From assembly GCA_000934665.2 (NCBI GenBank), contig JYFJ02003243.1, forward strand, positions 1 through 44,742: 44,742 nt of DNA, written 5' to 3'. Shown one piece after another: positions 1 through 10,992 of the stretch (positions are counted from its first letter, which is position 1; every line of letters starts with the position of its first letter). Below the pieces are notes generated by a model. The model was not told where the DNA came from, made no database searches, and worked only from the letters and a program-made list of their open reading frames with translations. The stretch comes from Catajapyx aquilonaris. Lineage: Eukaryota. Both the position numbers and the translations under genes were made by a program.

Positions 1-1250
1 TACTGGCCCAATGAGTGTTGCTAGCGTCGATGTCCATGTTCAAGTACTCCATAGGGCATGCTGCCTGACGACTGTTGAGAATCTCTTCAACTACATATTT
101 CCCTGTGTAAGGTGATGTGGTCAAATAATAATCAGAAAATGGAACGTAATCTCTCGTAATATAAACAGGAACATTATTTTGTCCATGTGTATGTGTGTTT
201 GTCAGGGCTACTTAACCCACTTCCAGATATTTTTAATGGAAGGGAACAAGAAGTGGGTTAATAGCCCGGACAAACACACATACTCATGGACAAATGTTCC
301 TGTTTAAACTAATTATTATTAATGCTAATTAAAATAATCAAACTTACGATAGCTTCTTATCATTTGCCTTCTGGAAAATTCTAATATTTTTTGGTTGCTA
401 GAGAATTGGCCTTACTTTTTGATCACTCCTCGTATTATGCCAACAAAAATCTCACCAAAATAATGCAGAAGGACTGTTCTGAACGTATCTGTTTTTCCAG
501 TGGATGCTCCTCCCTCATTTTCAGAACCAAACAACCTGCTGCTGATTTCCAATGGATTTGGCAGGCCTTCAGTGTTTGCTGCAGACACTTTGTCTCCATA
601 ACTGTAGACAATCGCCTGATTCACGGCTGATCCTGCAGCCAATAATTATATTATTATTATGTGAAGTCATTCTGATTTGGTAAGAGCATATTTTACAGCA
701 TTCATACATTATTTTTCAGGTATTAAAATTTAAATCTCACTTGCTAATCCTCTTTCTGGAAATGCTCTGCTGTTGCCGTATCCGTCAAATCGGGCATACT
801 CAATGTTCCTGAATGGCACTGGTTTGCAGGATTTGTCATGAAAGTCGCAGCCGTCAATCAGCCATCGAAGGTAGCCTTCCTTTTTGCCTTTTATGCCCCA
901 CACATCTCGTGACGGTTTATCCACTGGAAAGAACAAGCGGAAGGGTCAACACCGTTGTGTTTGTCAATACAACGGGTGAAACCCTCCGGACTTTACCACC
1001 TGACTTGTACGTCCAATCTCCACAAACATATAAATTCCATTCTTTCGTGTAAGCAGCTGAAGGATCCGTGGCAGATGGTTCCTCACTTTGAATAATAATA
1101 TTGTTAAAAAAGTCTTCATGTTTTATTGCAGAGTTGATGGCGTGTATCTCACCATGTTCCAGCAGATCCTGCAGCTTCACCGTCGCCCAGGAGATGAGTT
1201 AGGAACACCAGAAGAAGAAGAAGAAGAATCTCTGATGCTGGGCCCGCCAT
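1..1250 (-). CDS. Dual oxidase (Duox)-type peroxidase-homology-domain protein, 5' part; continues past the left edge of the window
   Basis: Phase-consistent GT-AG exons 1250-1153, 1085-997, 923-741, 632-456 and 102-<1. Product starts with a signal peptide (MAGPASEILLLLLLVFLTHLL) and contains EYARFDGYGN...YGDKVS...LPNPLEISSRLF...RTVLLHYFGKYVVEEIL...ACPMEYLN, which aligns by eye to the Duox peroxidase-domain start (RYDGWYNN...YSDGV...RTALLAFFGQVVANEIV...GCPIE). Oxidase domains are not in the window. Confidence 0.75.
163..305. repeat. Long imperfect inverted repeat (hairpin), MITE/Helitron-like family, in a Duox intron
   Basis: Arm 163-223 (aaacaggaacatt...ggctacttaacccacttc) is the near reverse complement of arm 250-305. 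The core is shared with 30418-30530 and 39841-39871. Confidence 0.8.
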
Positions 1251-1446
1251 ATTCTCTGTTCGAAATTGGTTTTTCGAACGCCTTTTGTTTGATCGAAGCA
1301 GTGTTGCCAGACCACACCGCAAACCGGGGGGAAGGGATGATCGCGCAACAATGCAATAAAAATGTGCTAAATATTTAGTATTTTTCATTGTTGTAATAAC
1401 ACCGACAATGACACCTTTGATTGTGTTGTACTTGTGCGGTGTACAG

Positions 1447-1561
1447 TACGTGAAGCTTCAATTATTGTTGACAACACGCATGCGCACTGATGGTGCACAC
1501 GTGACGCTTCAATCATGTGGACATCACGCATGCGCACTCTCTTCGGTGCACGTGACTCTTC
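1447..1561. promoter_or_regulatory. Putative bidirectional promoter core (Duox-like/NUBP1) with a duplicated NRF1-like plus E-box module
   Basis: CGCATGCGCA at 1477 and 1527 and CACGTGAC at 1498 and 1549 (about 50-bp period), lying between divergent start codons at 1250 (-) and 1734 (+). Confidence 0.5.
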
Positions 1562-1733
1562 AGGCTGAAGGATCGTCCTGGTTTTTAGCTATAATTTCAG
1601 GTAATTTAATTGTTATTAACTAAATTAATGAGCAGTGCATGCCCACCCAGTCGTTAGCAAAACGAATAAGGTACATATTTAATTAGGAAAAAAAAATCAT
1701 GCTTTATAAGTGTGCGCACCGTTTCAGAGCGTG

Positions 1734-2678
1734 ATGGCTTCTTCAGCGGTGCCTGAACATTGCCCCGGAGTGGAGAGCACTTCAGCAGGGTCAGCTTCAG
1801 CGTGTTCGGGCTGCCCCAACCAGACCATATGCTCTTCAGGCCTGCAGAAGCGGGCGGTTGAAGAGGAGGCTGCTGTTGTCCAGGTGGTGAAGCAGCGGTT
1901 GGCCTCGGTGAAGCACAAGCTGCTGGTGCTGTCCGGGAAAGGAGGGGTGGGGAAGAGCACCGTGAGCGCGGGACTCTGCTACGCTCTGGCCGTCCAACGA
2001 GGCGTGGGGCTGCTGGACGTGGACATCTGCGGACCCTCCGCCCCACGCATCCTGGGGCTGGCTGGAGAAACGGTGCACCAGAGCGGATCCGGATGGAGCC
2101 CCGTGTTTGTCCAGGATAACCTCTGCGCAATGTCCGTCGGATTCCTTCTGGACGGACCGGACCAAGCGGTCGTCTGGCGGGGGCCCAGAAAGGGCGGGAT
2201 GATCAAGCAGTTCTTAATGGAAGTCGACTGGGAAGGACTGGACGTAATGGTTGTGGACACACCGCCAGGAACGTCCGATGAGCATCTGTCCATCACGCAC
2301 TATTTGTCGGACGCAATGGACGGAGCCATTCTGGTCACTACGCCACAAGAAGTAGCCCTGAGCGACGTGCGGAAAGAAGCCAACTTCTGCAAACGGATGG
2401 GCCTGAAAATCATCGGCGTCGTGGAAAACATGTCCGCGTTTCAATGTCCCAAATGCCATGTCACATCCAGCATATTCCCGCCAACCACAGGCGGAGCAGA
2501 GAAAATGGCAGCGGACATGGACATCCCATTTCTAGGCCGCATCCCGCTCGATCCGAACGTCGCCCGATGTTGCGACGAGGGCAAGAACTTCCTGGACGAA
2601 CTTCCAAACTCCGCAGCGTCCGCAAGCTTCCATCAACTGGCAACAAAAGTCATGGAATCCATACAGAAGACTGCGTGA
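1734..2678 (+). CDS. NUBP1: Cytosolic Fe-S cluster assembly factor NUBP1/Nbp35
   Basis: N-terminal 4-Cys motif [24 protein letters not shown] (specific to NUBP1 rather than NUBP2), deviant Walker [20 protein letters not shown] and ENMS..CPKC. Uninterrupted ORF. Likely 5'UTR intron 1601-1727. Confidence 0.97.
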   Translation: MASSAVPEHCPGVESTSAGSASACSGCPNQTICSSGLQKRAVEEEAAVVQVVKQRLASVKHKLLVLSGKGGVGKSTVSAGLCYALAVQRGVGLLDVDICGPSAPRILGLAGETVHQSGSGWSPVFVQDNLCAMSVGFLLDGPDQAVVWRGPRKGGMIKQFLMEVDWEGLDVMVVDTPPGTSDEHLSITHYLSDAMDGAILVTTPQEVALSDVRKEANFCKRMGLKIIGVVENMSAFQCPKCHVTSSIFPPTTGGAEKMAADMDIPFLGRIPLDPNVARCCDEGKNFLDELPNSAASASFHQLATKVMESIQKTA

Positions 2679-3054
2679 TTAAAAGTTTTTTATTTCTTTT
2701 CAATTGACTCCTTTTTGTTGAAAGTTCTACAAATTCAGTGCCGATCTGTACTCCCCCACCAAAAAAAACTGCAACAATAAATAAGTCGCACTTACAGCGG
2801 ACTTTCTTTAGGGCGGGGGAAAAAAAAGCGCGAACAGTGCAGCGTTTTACTATGTACACAAATAGCTTTTTTTTGTTTTAAAGTTATATACAAATCACAC
2901 CCATCACCAAAAAAAAGAGGGAACTTACAATGAAAATCCCATTTAATAAGTACAACTCGTTCGCTCTCATTAATTTGATCGCATGAAATGCAAACATTAT
3001 GATCCCCATCCCGAGATCAAAGCCACTTTTTTTTTTTTGAGCAGTTCGCTCGAT

Positions 3055-6000
3055 TCACTGCCAAGCTTCTGCCGGAAACTGGTTCACTTCGCCCTGGTCC
3101 TGCACTGGAACGCCGTTGCTGGAGTACGATATTCGGATCTTCATCCGCAGCTGGACCTGCAACAAAATCGGACGGTAAGAATACGTGTGTTTGAATATGA
3201 AGGCGTACGAATAAGTACCTTGTTCTGGTTGAATATCTTGATGACCTGCGTTACTGATCCCGACGGAGGTATGCTCGTGCTGGATGGCGACATCATGTGA
3301 AGCTGAAGCGCTTTAGGAACCGCAGCCTGGAAGAGAAACTCGGCCATCGGCGTCTGCGTCTGGTTCGCAGCCGTTAGCGTAATCACAGTGCCTGCCGGAT
3401 TGTCCAGCGGACGCTCGAACGTGAAGTCGACCTTCAGTCCGTTCTTCTCGTATGCAATTATACTGGGTATGCCTGCAAGTACGCACGAAATTAGAAACGC
3501 TCACGATGCGGGTACAGTACATACTTTTGCCTGTTGTTGCCGCGTTTGGTAGGATGGACATTCCGTCCATTAGCGAATCCGGCGTCTGGGCGAGGTTGGC
3601 GAAGTTCATGGCGGCTGTTGGAGTTGTTGGGAACGACAGAGGAGCCAGCGCCGGCGGCTGCGGCTGGCTGTTGTTCAAGTCAAGTCCGAGCAGGTCTAAC
3701 AAGTCCTGGTTGCTGGTGACTGATGCCTTCTGTAGCGACTCTGCTGGACGGACGATATCATGTTCGCCTGTGTTCATGCCTCCGATCAAGTCCAGAAGCG
3801 CATTCTGCGGAAAAATAGTTCATGAAACGGCCGAGATCAGTTTCAACGGAAGTAACTCACCGATTCATCGACTCGCACGCCTTTTGTCGCGGGCGACTCA
3901 GGCATGTCATCAATTATGAGGTGGTCGCCGTCCGAATTCCCGTTGGCCAAGAAGGCCGACCCGCCGGACACCACGTTCTGCTCTATTGGCGGCATCCGCT
4001 CCAGCAATGCCGGACGAAGGTGGTCGTACTTGCGGAACAGCTGGGAGAACTCGACTCCCCTCTGCTGAAGCTCCACGTTCAAGTGGCTCCCAAGCGCGTC
4101 CACCGTCTGCAGGATCTTGCTGCAAATATAAAAAAACGCCTACAGTCGCAATTCAATTAGCTTCGCAATTAAATATGTGGACCCACGTAATCGTAACCGC
4201 CCACTAGGCGGAACGAGGAATGAGGGACTTTTTTTCTGTCGGTGTCGCAATCCTCGCGTCCTTGCAGGTTAATCAACAAGGGCACGCCGTTAAACACCAT
4301 GTTTTAACAATTGTAAAGAGGACTTACTCCAAGTGCGTCTGGAAGCGCGTGCTGAGCTTCATGAGCGACAGAAGGGCGTACTCTTTAGTGATGATGCTCA
4401 TCTGCGCCGACCACAAAATCCACTGGTACACGTCGATTATTTCCTCTTCTGTGACCTGCAAGCGATACGTTATTTCATGCTACGCTGCGATTACAAAAGC
4501 TACTTACTCTGACCGGCTCCTCTTCCGTTCCGGCTTGATTTCCCAGCAGTATGTCCCCGTACTCGCCGATTCCCCAGCAAGCCACCTGAGCCAGCGGCTG
4601 CCTCTCGGCCACACCTTCCTTCAGAGCCTTCCACAGCTGCCCAACGACATACCCTTGGTGCGAACCAGACTCGGACAGAAGCTGGATCGTGCTTGATATA
4701 ACATCGTCTCGAACCTGGTTACCAGCCTGAAATTTAGTCGCAACGATTAGCGTCGACACGTCATTCTCGCTGCAAGTGCCGGCCCTTTAAATCGGGTCTG
4801 CTCAGAGTCAGAGCAGCTCGAGGGATAAGGGACGATTTGATATCGGTGGCGCAATATCAAGTACTTGCAGGTAATAAGCAAGATCATGTAACAACGCACC
4901 ACCGTTCTTACGTTCAAGTGTCGACTTACCGCCTGCAGCACTTTCAGGAGCGTGTCGATGTGCCACCGCTTGTTCGGAGCGTACCTCTCAGCCGATGTGA
5001 CTATGTTCGAAGAGCAGTGGCCTTTGAACTCGGGGTCGGCTTTCTCCAGAAAGACAAGGAGCTCCTTGATCATAATTTTGATGTTACTCGCATTGATCAA
5101 TGCGAAACTCAGCTCCATGGCACGGCGACGAATCGACACATCCGGATCCTAAAATTTAACCGACTGCGATTAGAGCGAACGAACACAACATCGGCAAGGG
5201 TCGTACCTTCAAGCATTCAAGTATGGTGCTTCTATGCCTCTGAACCGCATTGTTATCCACATGCACAGTCTTAAGTAGGGTGTTGAGTGCAACGTATCGT
5301 ATGTTCTTGTCATTGTTCAGAAGGAACCTGCCCAGAATGTTGACGGCCAACACCCGCAGTCCGCTCTCCGACTTGATGGCCATGATCGACAGAACGGTCT
5401 CATACAGAATGGCATTCCCGACGTTCTTGCTCGTCTCCGTGTTGGTGGCCACCTGAGCCAGGATGTCGTTCATGGCCTCGGAAGTCTCCAGATCGTTCTT
5501 ACCCAGGATGCGAAGGAGCTTCAGGATCTTAACCTGCAAGTAACATCGTTAAGCATCTGACAGAAATCAGGAAAGCAATCGAACGCACCTGAAGAAACGG
5601 GTCGCTCACTCCGGACACGTCATGTTCAGGCGAATATCCGGCCAGGATGAGACTCTTCAAAACCCGAACGAGGTTCGGCACAAGCTGCGAAATAACCAAC
5701 TAAATCAGCATCGGTTCGGAGAAGTCGTGAGTGTGCCACTGAACCACTGGCACATCACACACAGAAAATAACGGTACTGTGTACTGTACAAGGGTTAGAG
5801 AATGTAGCAAAAAGCGGTCGTGTACAACTGTGAGAGTTAAATCGGCTTTGGAGGAAGAAAAGAGAAGCCGAGACGGCAGAAAGAACGGAAGACGGAAGCA
5901 AATTCTCATGCCAAGTGCAACATATTTTTTCTCTCAAGTGCTGCCTTCGACATCTACTCGTTAAGGAGAAAAAGCACATTTAAAATTAAATGCTTTCATT

Positions 6001-8214
6001 TACCTCTTGATTGTCAGGATCCTAAGATTTTTTTTAAAAAGAAAAAAAAAGAAGGTGTTGACGACAGGGGAAGGGAAGGGGAAAAAAAGCAGAACTCGTT
6101 ACCACTTCTTCGATCATCTCCTGACTAATTACAGCCCTAGCAATTTGCGACCGACAATTCTAACCCAAAATACAGATATCATCGGGGGACAAAGTTTCAC
6201 CGCTCGACTTTATTTTTTTTGGAAATTACAATTAGCATCGATGAAACTTTACGTCCCCGAACTTCCGCGCATTTGAAAGCTACCAATTTTAAGTTGCGGT
6301 TGGTCGTACGGTCGGGTCAAGTACAGTCCAGTAAATCGACATAACTGTTGCCCTCACAGAAATGCTGATGGCTACGAGTGAAAGCCATCGCATGGGGTTA
6401 TTGAGGGCACTTTCCCACTCTTCGTCTGGGTGCTTCAAGTGATTAAACCAGCAGGTCATGTTAAACCAGCGCCAATCTACCGCACCACCACCAGTCGCTA
6501 AATCGTTAAGCCAATTGCGACCTTCACCATACGAAACTACGTTCCCAAGCACTCTTTCAATCAGGTCACTTACCTTCTTATAATGCAACAGCGTGTCCGG
6601 ACTGTGCTCGCACATCTCCGTAATTAAAGTCACGGCAGTGATCAGCACCCCTGCAAAAGTACAGTCGAATCAGTACAATCGCGCTTTAAAATCCGCAGTC
6701 GAAACGCACCGTGGTTCTTTTCAGTGACGAGGGAGCGCGTGGCGGGCAGGAAAATCTCGATTAGCTCTGGGACCTTGCGTATCATGCGAAAGGCACAAAG
6801 GGCAGCCTTCTTGCGGATGTATGCGTTTGACGACTTGACCAGCCGCTCCACTTCTGAGGCCAGGTCACGGGACATCTCGGGTGAGGCGATGGCCCCTAGG
6901 GTGCACAGGGCCAGCCCAACCACAAACTGTGTCTGGCTGTTCAAGTCGCTAGAAGGAAACGCAAGACGCTTAGCAACTGAAGCATCAGCGACGGCCAGTA
7001 CTTACTTCTTCAAGCAGTTTGTGATGAGCAGGTGGACGTCCTGCCTCTCGTCCAGCAACAGCATGGCTCCTAGGTAGCCTATGCGCTTGTCCGTGAAGCG
7101 AGGCGACGCTATCAGCTTCAGGCATTCCAGCTGGCCGAAATGGGCAGGGTAACTACGGAAAGACATACGTAATCAGCCAGGCCTAGCCGCATGGCCCCCG
7201 GTGCATCGCTGGGGGAAATGCGTGGCACGGCTGGGTTCAACGGGCTAACAAATAATGCGTACAACTCCAACATGGGCATAAAGTATTTCTTTCAGTCAAA
7301 ATTTATGTTAAATTTATTTTACTTTCCCCTCCCATTGTTAAGTACTTGTGCATTAAAAAGGTGGTTATTTGGCCAAAAACCAAGTGATTAGGCCTGGTAT
7401 TGGAGCCAGGCCTAGCCATGTGGGCAGGCCTGGGTGGCGTGGCACATACCAAAGGAGCGTCCTCCATGGCTCAAGACCAAGCCGGAAAAGACGGAGACAA
7501 AGAGGACCTCCTCCTCAGGGAGGGGGAAAGGGGGCACCCCTCCAAAAAAAAATATATCGATACGCCCGATACGTATCGAAAAAATCGCTTAAAAATGGCA
7601 ACATCGCATAATCATAACAGCAGATTATTCATACATTTAAATTCATGTCCAATTGTTACCCCAACAATGGGGTTACTTTTTTTTAAAAAAATTAAAAAAA
7701 TTAAATCATGTCCAATTGTCTGGCTGGTGCGGTCACACCGAAGCCACACAGACACACCAACATGTCCTTTATGCGCTTTATAATTGGATGGGTGTAATTA
7801 CTCGGGGGCAATTAACTCACCCCAGCATGTGTATGTAGAGGAGTTTGGCCACGTTGCGACACCGCCAGACGCTGTCCTCCTCGCGGAAGGTGGAGCGGAT
7901 ATAGGCGCACTCCTTGTTGATCACGGCCCTCTCCTCCGCCAGGGTACGGGCCGCCCTGATCTGGCGGATCAGATCCCGCAGTCGCATCGGAGTTGGCATT
8001 TTCACTGCAATGAAAATAAGCGCATTCAATGGCATGTAACACGATCCGGCCCCCATTGAAAGCCATGTAATTTATTCCCAACGTGTCCTCCAAACCGGCA
8101 TTAAATACTGCTCGGTACAAGGCCAATGGTATATCGCAACAAGTGCAGTAATTGCACACAGAACTCACCCCTTTCGACTGCTTCATTGATGACTTGCTTA
8201 ATTGTGTTGGCCAT
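3055..8214 (-). CDS. AP1G1: AP-1 complex subunit gamma (gamma-adaptin), multi-exon
   Basis: [18 protein letters not shown]...[66 protein letters not shown], and a C-terminal GAE ear (FLFQAAVPK...AEAWQ*, stop at 3055). A short upstream coding exon [15 protein letters not shown] (ATG 8214) splices in frame to VKMPTP; the ATG at 7999 is an alternative start. Confidence 0.96.
6004..6021 (-). CDS. AP1G1: 18-nt alternative microexon of AP1G (DPDNQE)
   Basis: cttAG|GATCCTGACAATCAAGAG|GTaaat, preceded by a long polypyrimidine tract. It lies in the phase-0 intron 6573-5685 between HYKK and LVPNLVR. Confidence 0.75.
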
Positions 8215-10906
8215 AGCTGGAGTGCCTCTCAGCAGTTTATCCTGTAACTGCAGACGGAAAGAGACGGCTGTGAATTATTCACGACACAAAACCCATGGTG
8301 AGGCGCAAAAGTGGCAATAAAATTCCTCTCAAGTGCCTCCTCGCGAGTAACGCTGAGCTACCTGCGGCTTCTCTCACCCCCTTCACAGTGGAATAATCAA
8401 TGGGTTAATGAGGATGGAAAAGCAAATCTTATATCGCGTGAAAGGGGGGGTGGAGATTTACCGGGCTTTCAACCGCTTTACGGCAACATTTATCAGAAAA
8501 ATATTGGGATGTCAACTCGGTTTCCAAAAGCCACGATATTCAGGAAATGAAACGTGTGCCTCTGAGTCTCGCAGCGTACCTTCCTGTGTCACCTGCCTGG
8601 AGATAAGCTGCCGAGGTTTAAAGGTTGCGGAGATAATCGCTGCCTTTTTACACACAGCAATAATAATCAGGGAGCAACAAACATATGAACAGCCGCCCCG
8701 TCATATCAGCATAGCATGTAGCTTCAACATTATTCCGCAATTGACCTTTGCAAGTCAGTGCAAAATCGCTTGGAAAATATCCATGCACAATGTGTATGAG
8801 AATGTGCATTGCTCATGAACTTGTTGATATGCTTCGGCATGCGTAGGAAAATAGGGTAGGTACATACTACACGTACTTTTCGCACACAAAATCATTTCAT
8901 TATGCAAACCGAAAAAGGAGTTCTAGTCGCAATGTTGCGTAAATCATTTTCTTCCTGATAACAACTCGTGCACTACGTGTCACTTGGTAGCCGACTTGTA
9001 CCGTGCGTTCCCGGATCTAAATTCATTTGCAAATGGACACATTGTTTATTGTGCCGGTAGACAATGTGTCATCAAGGACATCGGCACGTCACAACTACCG
9101 ACCATTCGGCAGCGGTTAGCAACAATCACATGCTAATGAGAGCGCAGACCAAAGCAAGACCAAGAAAATACGATAAATTATAAACAAAAATGTGATTACT
9201 ACTGGATTACACTAGACTACGCAACGGAGCCAAATACTAATTGCACATCGCACATAGTTTTGCGAGTACTATCAGTCTACCTGGCGATTTGGAACGAGTT
9301 TCCCTTCACCCTGTATGATATAAATGCAGTACAAATTCAAAATAAAATAGAAAAACTGGAGAACAATACTTGTATAAAATATTTAAAAAAAAACAAGTAC
9401 AATGAAATTAAATTAAATGCACTAAATAAGTACAATGATGAAATTATATTGTGTCAATATAGTCCAATAAATTCAATAAATAAAATAAGGTACAATAAAA
9501 TCAGTGGAGTGATGCCTCGTACTTTGAACTTAATTCGTTCCAGGCGTGCGTTTGAAGTGTTCAAAGTCTGAATCAACTTCCCCCGATATAACCGGAAAGT
9601 GAATTAATCCATTCCCAGGCGATAAACAACACCCATTTCGATAAACTTGAACAGTAATCACACATGATTGAAGGTATTTAAAAAAATAACACTATGAATG
9701 CCCTAATGAACTAAAAATAAAACAAAATACATAACTGCTGCGACAATACATTAAAAATTGCTATTTTCTGTACCAGTGAGGTGTGGCTGGCGGAGAGGAA
9801 GGCGAAGAATAAATAGTGTTCATTATACAGTAAATCAATCTAAATCAACAAAAATAATGATAAAAGCACTGAAAACACTTGAGGGCGAGAGATGACCTGG
9901 GGGGCAAAATAGACTGCGCTTACGCAGCGGGAGCGCAAGTAGTTCAAATTTCTTGTTAATTAATGGCTAAAACTCTGGAACTCTTGGGTCGTTCGTAGTT
10001 ACGAGGTTCCACTGTACAAATAAGTACAAACACCAGTACTTTGCCACCAGTACAAACATACAATATAGAGCTACAATGTATATGACCTGCGGGTTAATCC
10101 TTCCCTCTGCCCCACTGGTCAGTAAGCGTCTGAATGAAATGCGTGTACAGTTGCGCTTGCATAACGACAAGTGCCGCGTGGGTCACATGAGGATGATGAC
10201 ACCAGTGCGGTTGAGTACAAGAAGAGTGGGTACAGAAGGTGGTAGGGTGGCACTCACCGAGAACACTTTCACGGGTGTTGTATGGGGACGTCCTCCTCAG
10301 GGAGGGTCGGTCCCAGACACAGGAAAGAGAGAGAGAGAGAGGGTTGAGAGGGTAGTAGGGTCAGGAGGTCGTGTGATCAGGTCAGATGAGGTCATGCAGT
10401 GGGGAAGGAAGGTCGAGGGTCAAGAGAGGCTTTCCCCTTTTTTTCCCGATCCAATGGTTTTTTTTTTCCTCCTACTTCGCCCTCCTCCTTATTATTTTTT
10501 TCCTTGTTCTTATTCCACGACCAACATGGCGGACCGAGTGACGTTTTCAAGTGGTGCCAGGTCCATGGGGACGTCACCATTTCGAAAGGGGGAGGAGGAG
10601 GAGGAGGAGGAGGAAAAAATCAGGGTTGACAGGTGAAGCCCGTGCCCCGGCGGGGGGAAATTCGAAATTGGGGGGAAAATCGAACTAGTACAAAATAAAG
10701 GGCCTCTGGTGTACTCATACGGCTACCATCCATTGCTGGTATGCACCGGTTCATACCACAGGACCAATTGACGCTGCTGCCACGGTATCGCGCTGACCAT
10801 GGCAGCAACAACGCATGGCAACAACATCAGATCACCACAACCCCAGCTGCGTATAGTTTCCATGGCACTGCAATTATGTCAGCAACAATGTTCGATTGCC
10901 GTGTAT

Positions 10907-10992
10907 ACCAACTGGTTGCCACGGAGACCAACTGGTTGCCATGGAGACATACCAACTGGTTGCCATGGACATACACCAACTGGTTGCCATGG
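10907..10992. repeat. Short tandem array (4 copies, 20-24 bp) of ACCAACTGGTTGCCAYGG containing RFX X-box-like motifs
   Basis: Copies start at 10907, 10927, 10951 and 10975. GTTGCCATGGAGAC lies at 10935-10948. Confidence 0.85.

Noticed and set aside
2678..3055. Overlapping 3'UTRs of convergent NUBP1 and AP1G
   Set aside because: Alternative polyA signals (minus-strand ATTAAA near 2942) allow non-overlapping ends; undecidable without transcript data.
7175..7720. Repeats in an AP1G intron (AGCCAGGCCTAGCC twice, DRE-like TATCGATA, ORF 7400-7783)
   Set aside because: Likely TE debris. No definable termini and no recognisable protein.
10276..10760. LTR-like GC-rich island (TGTTGTATG...CATACCACA, AATAAA near 10694)
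   Set aside because: No TSD, PBS or PPT. Probably repeat-derived, but boundaries are not supportable.
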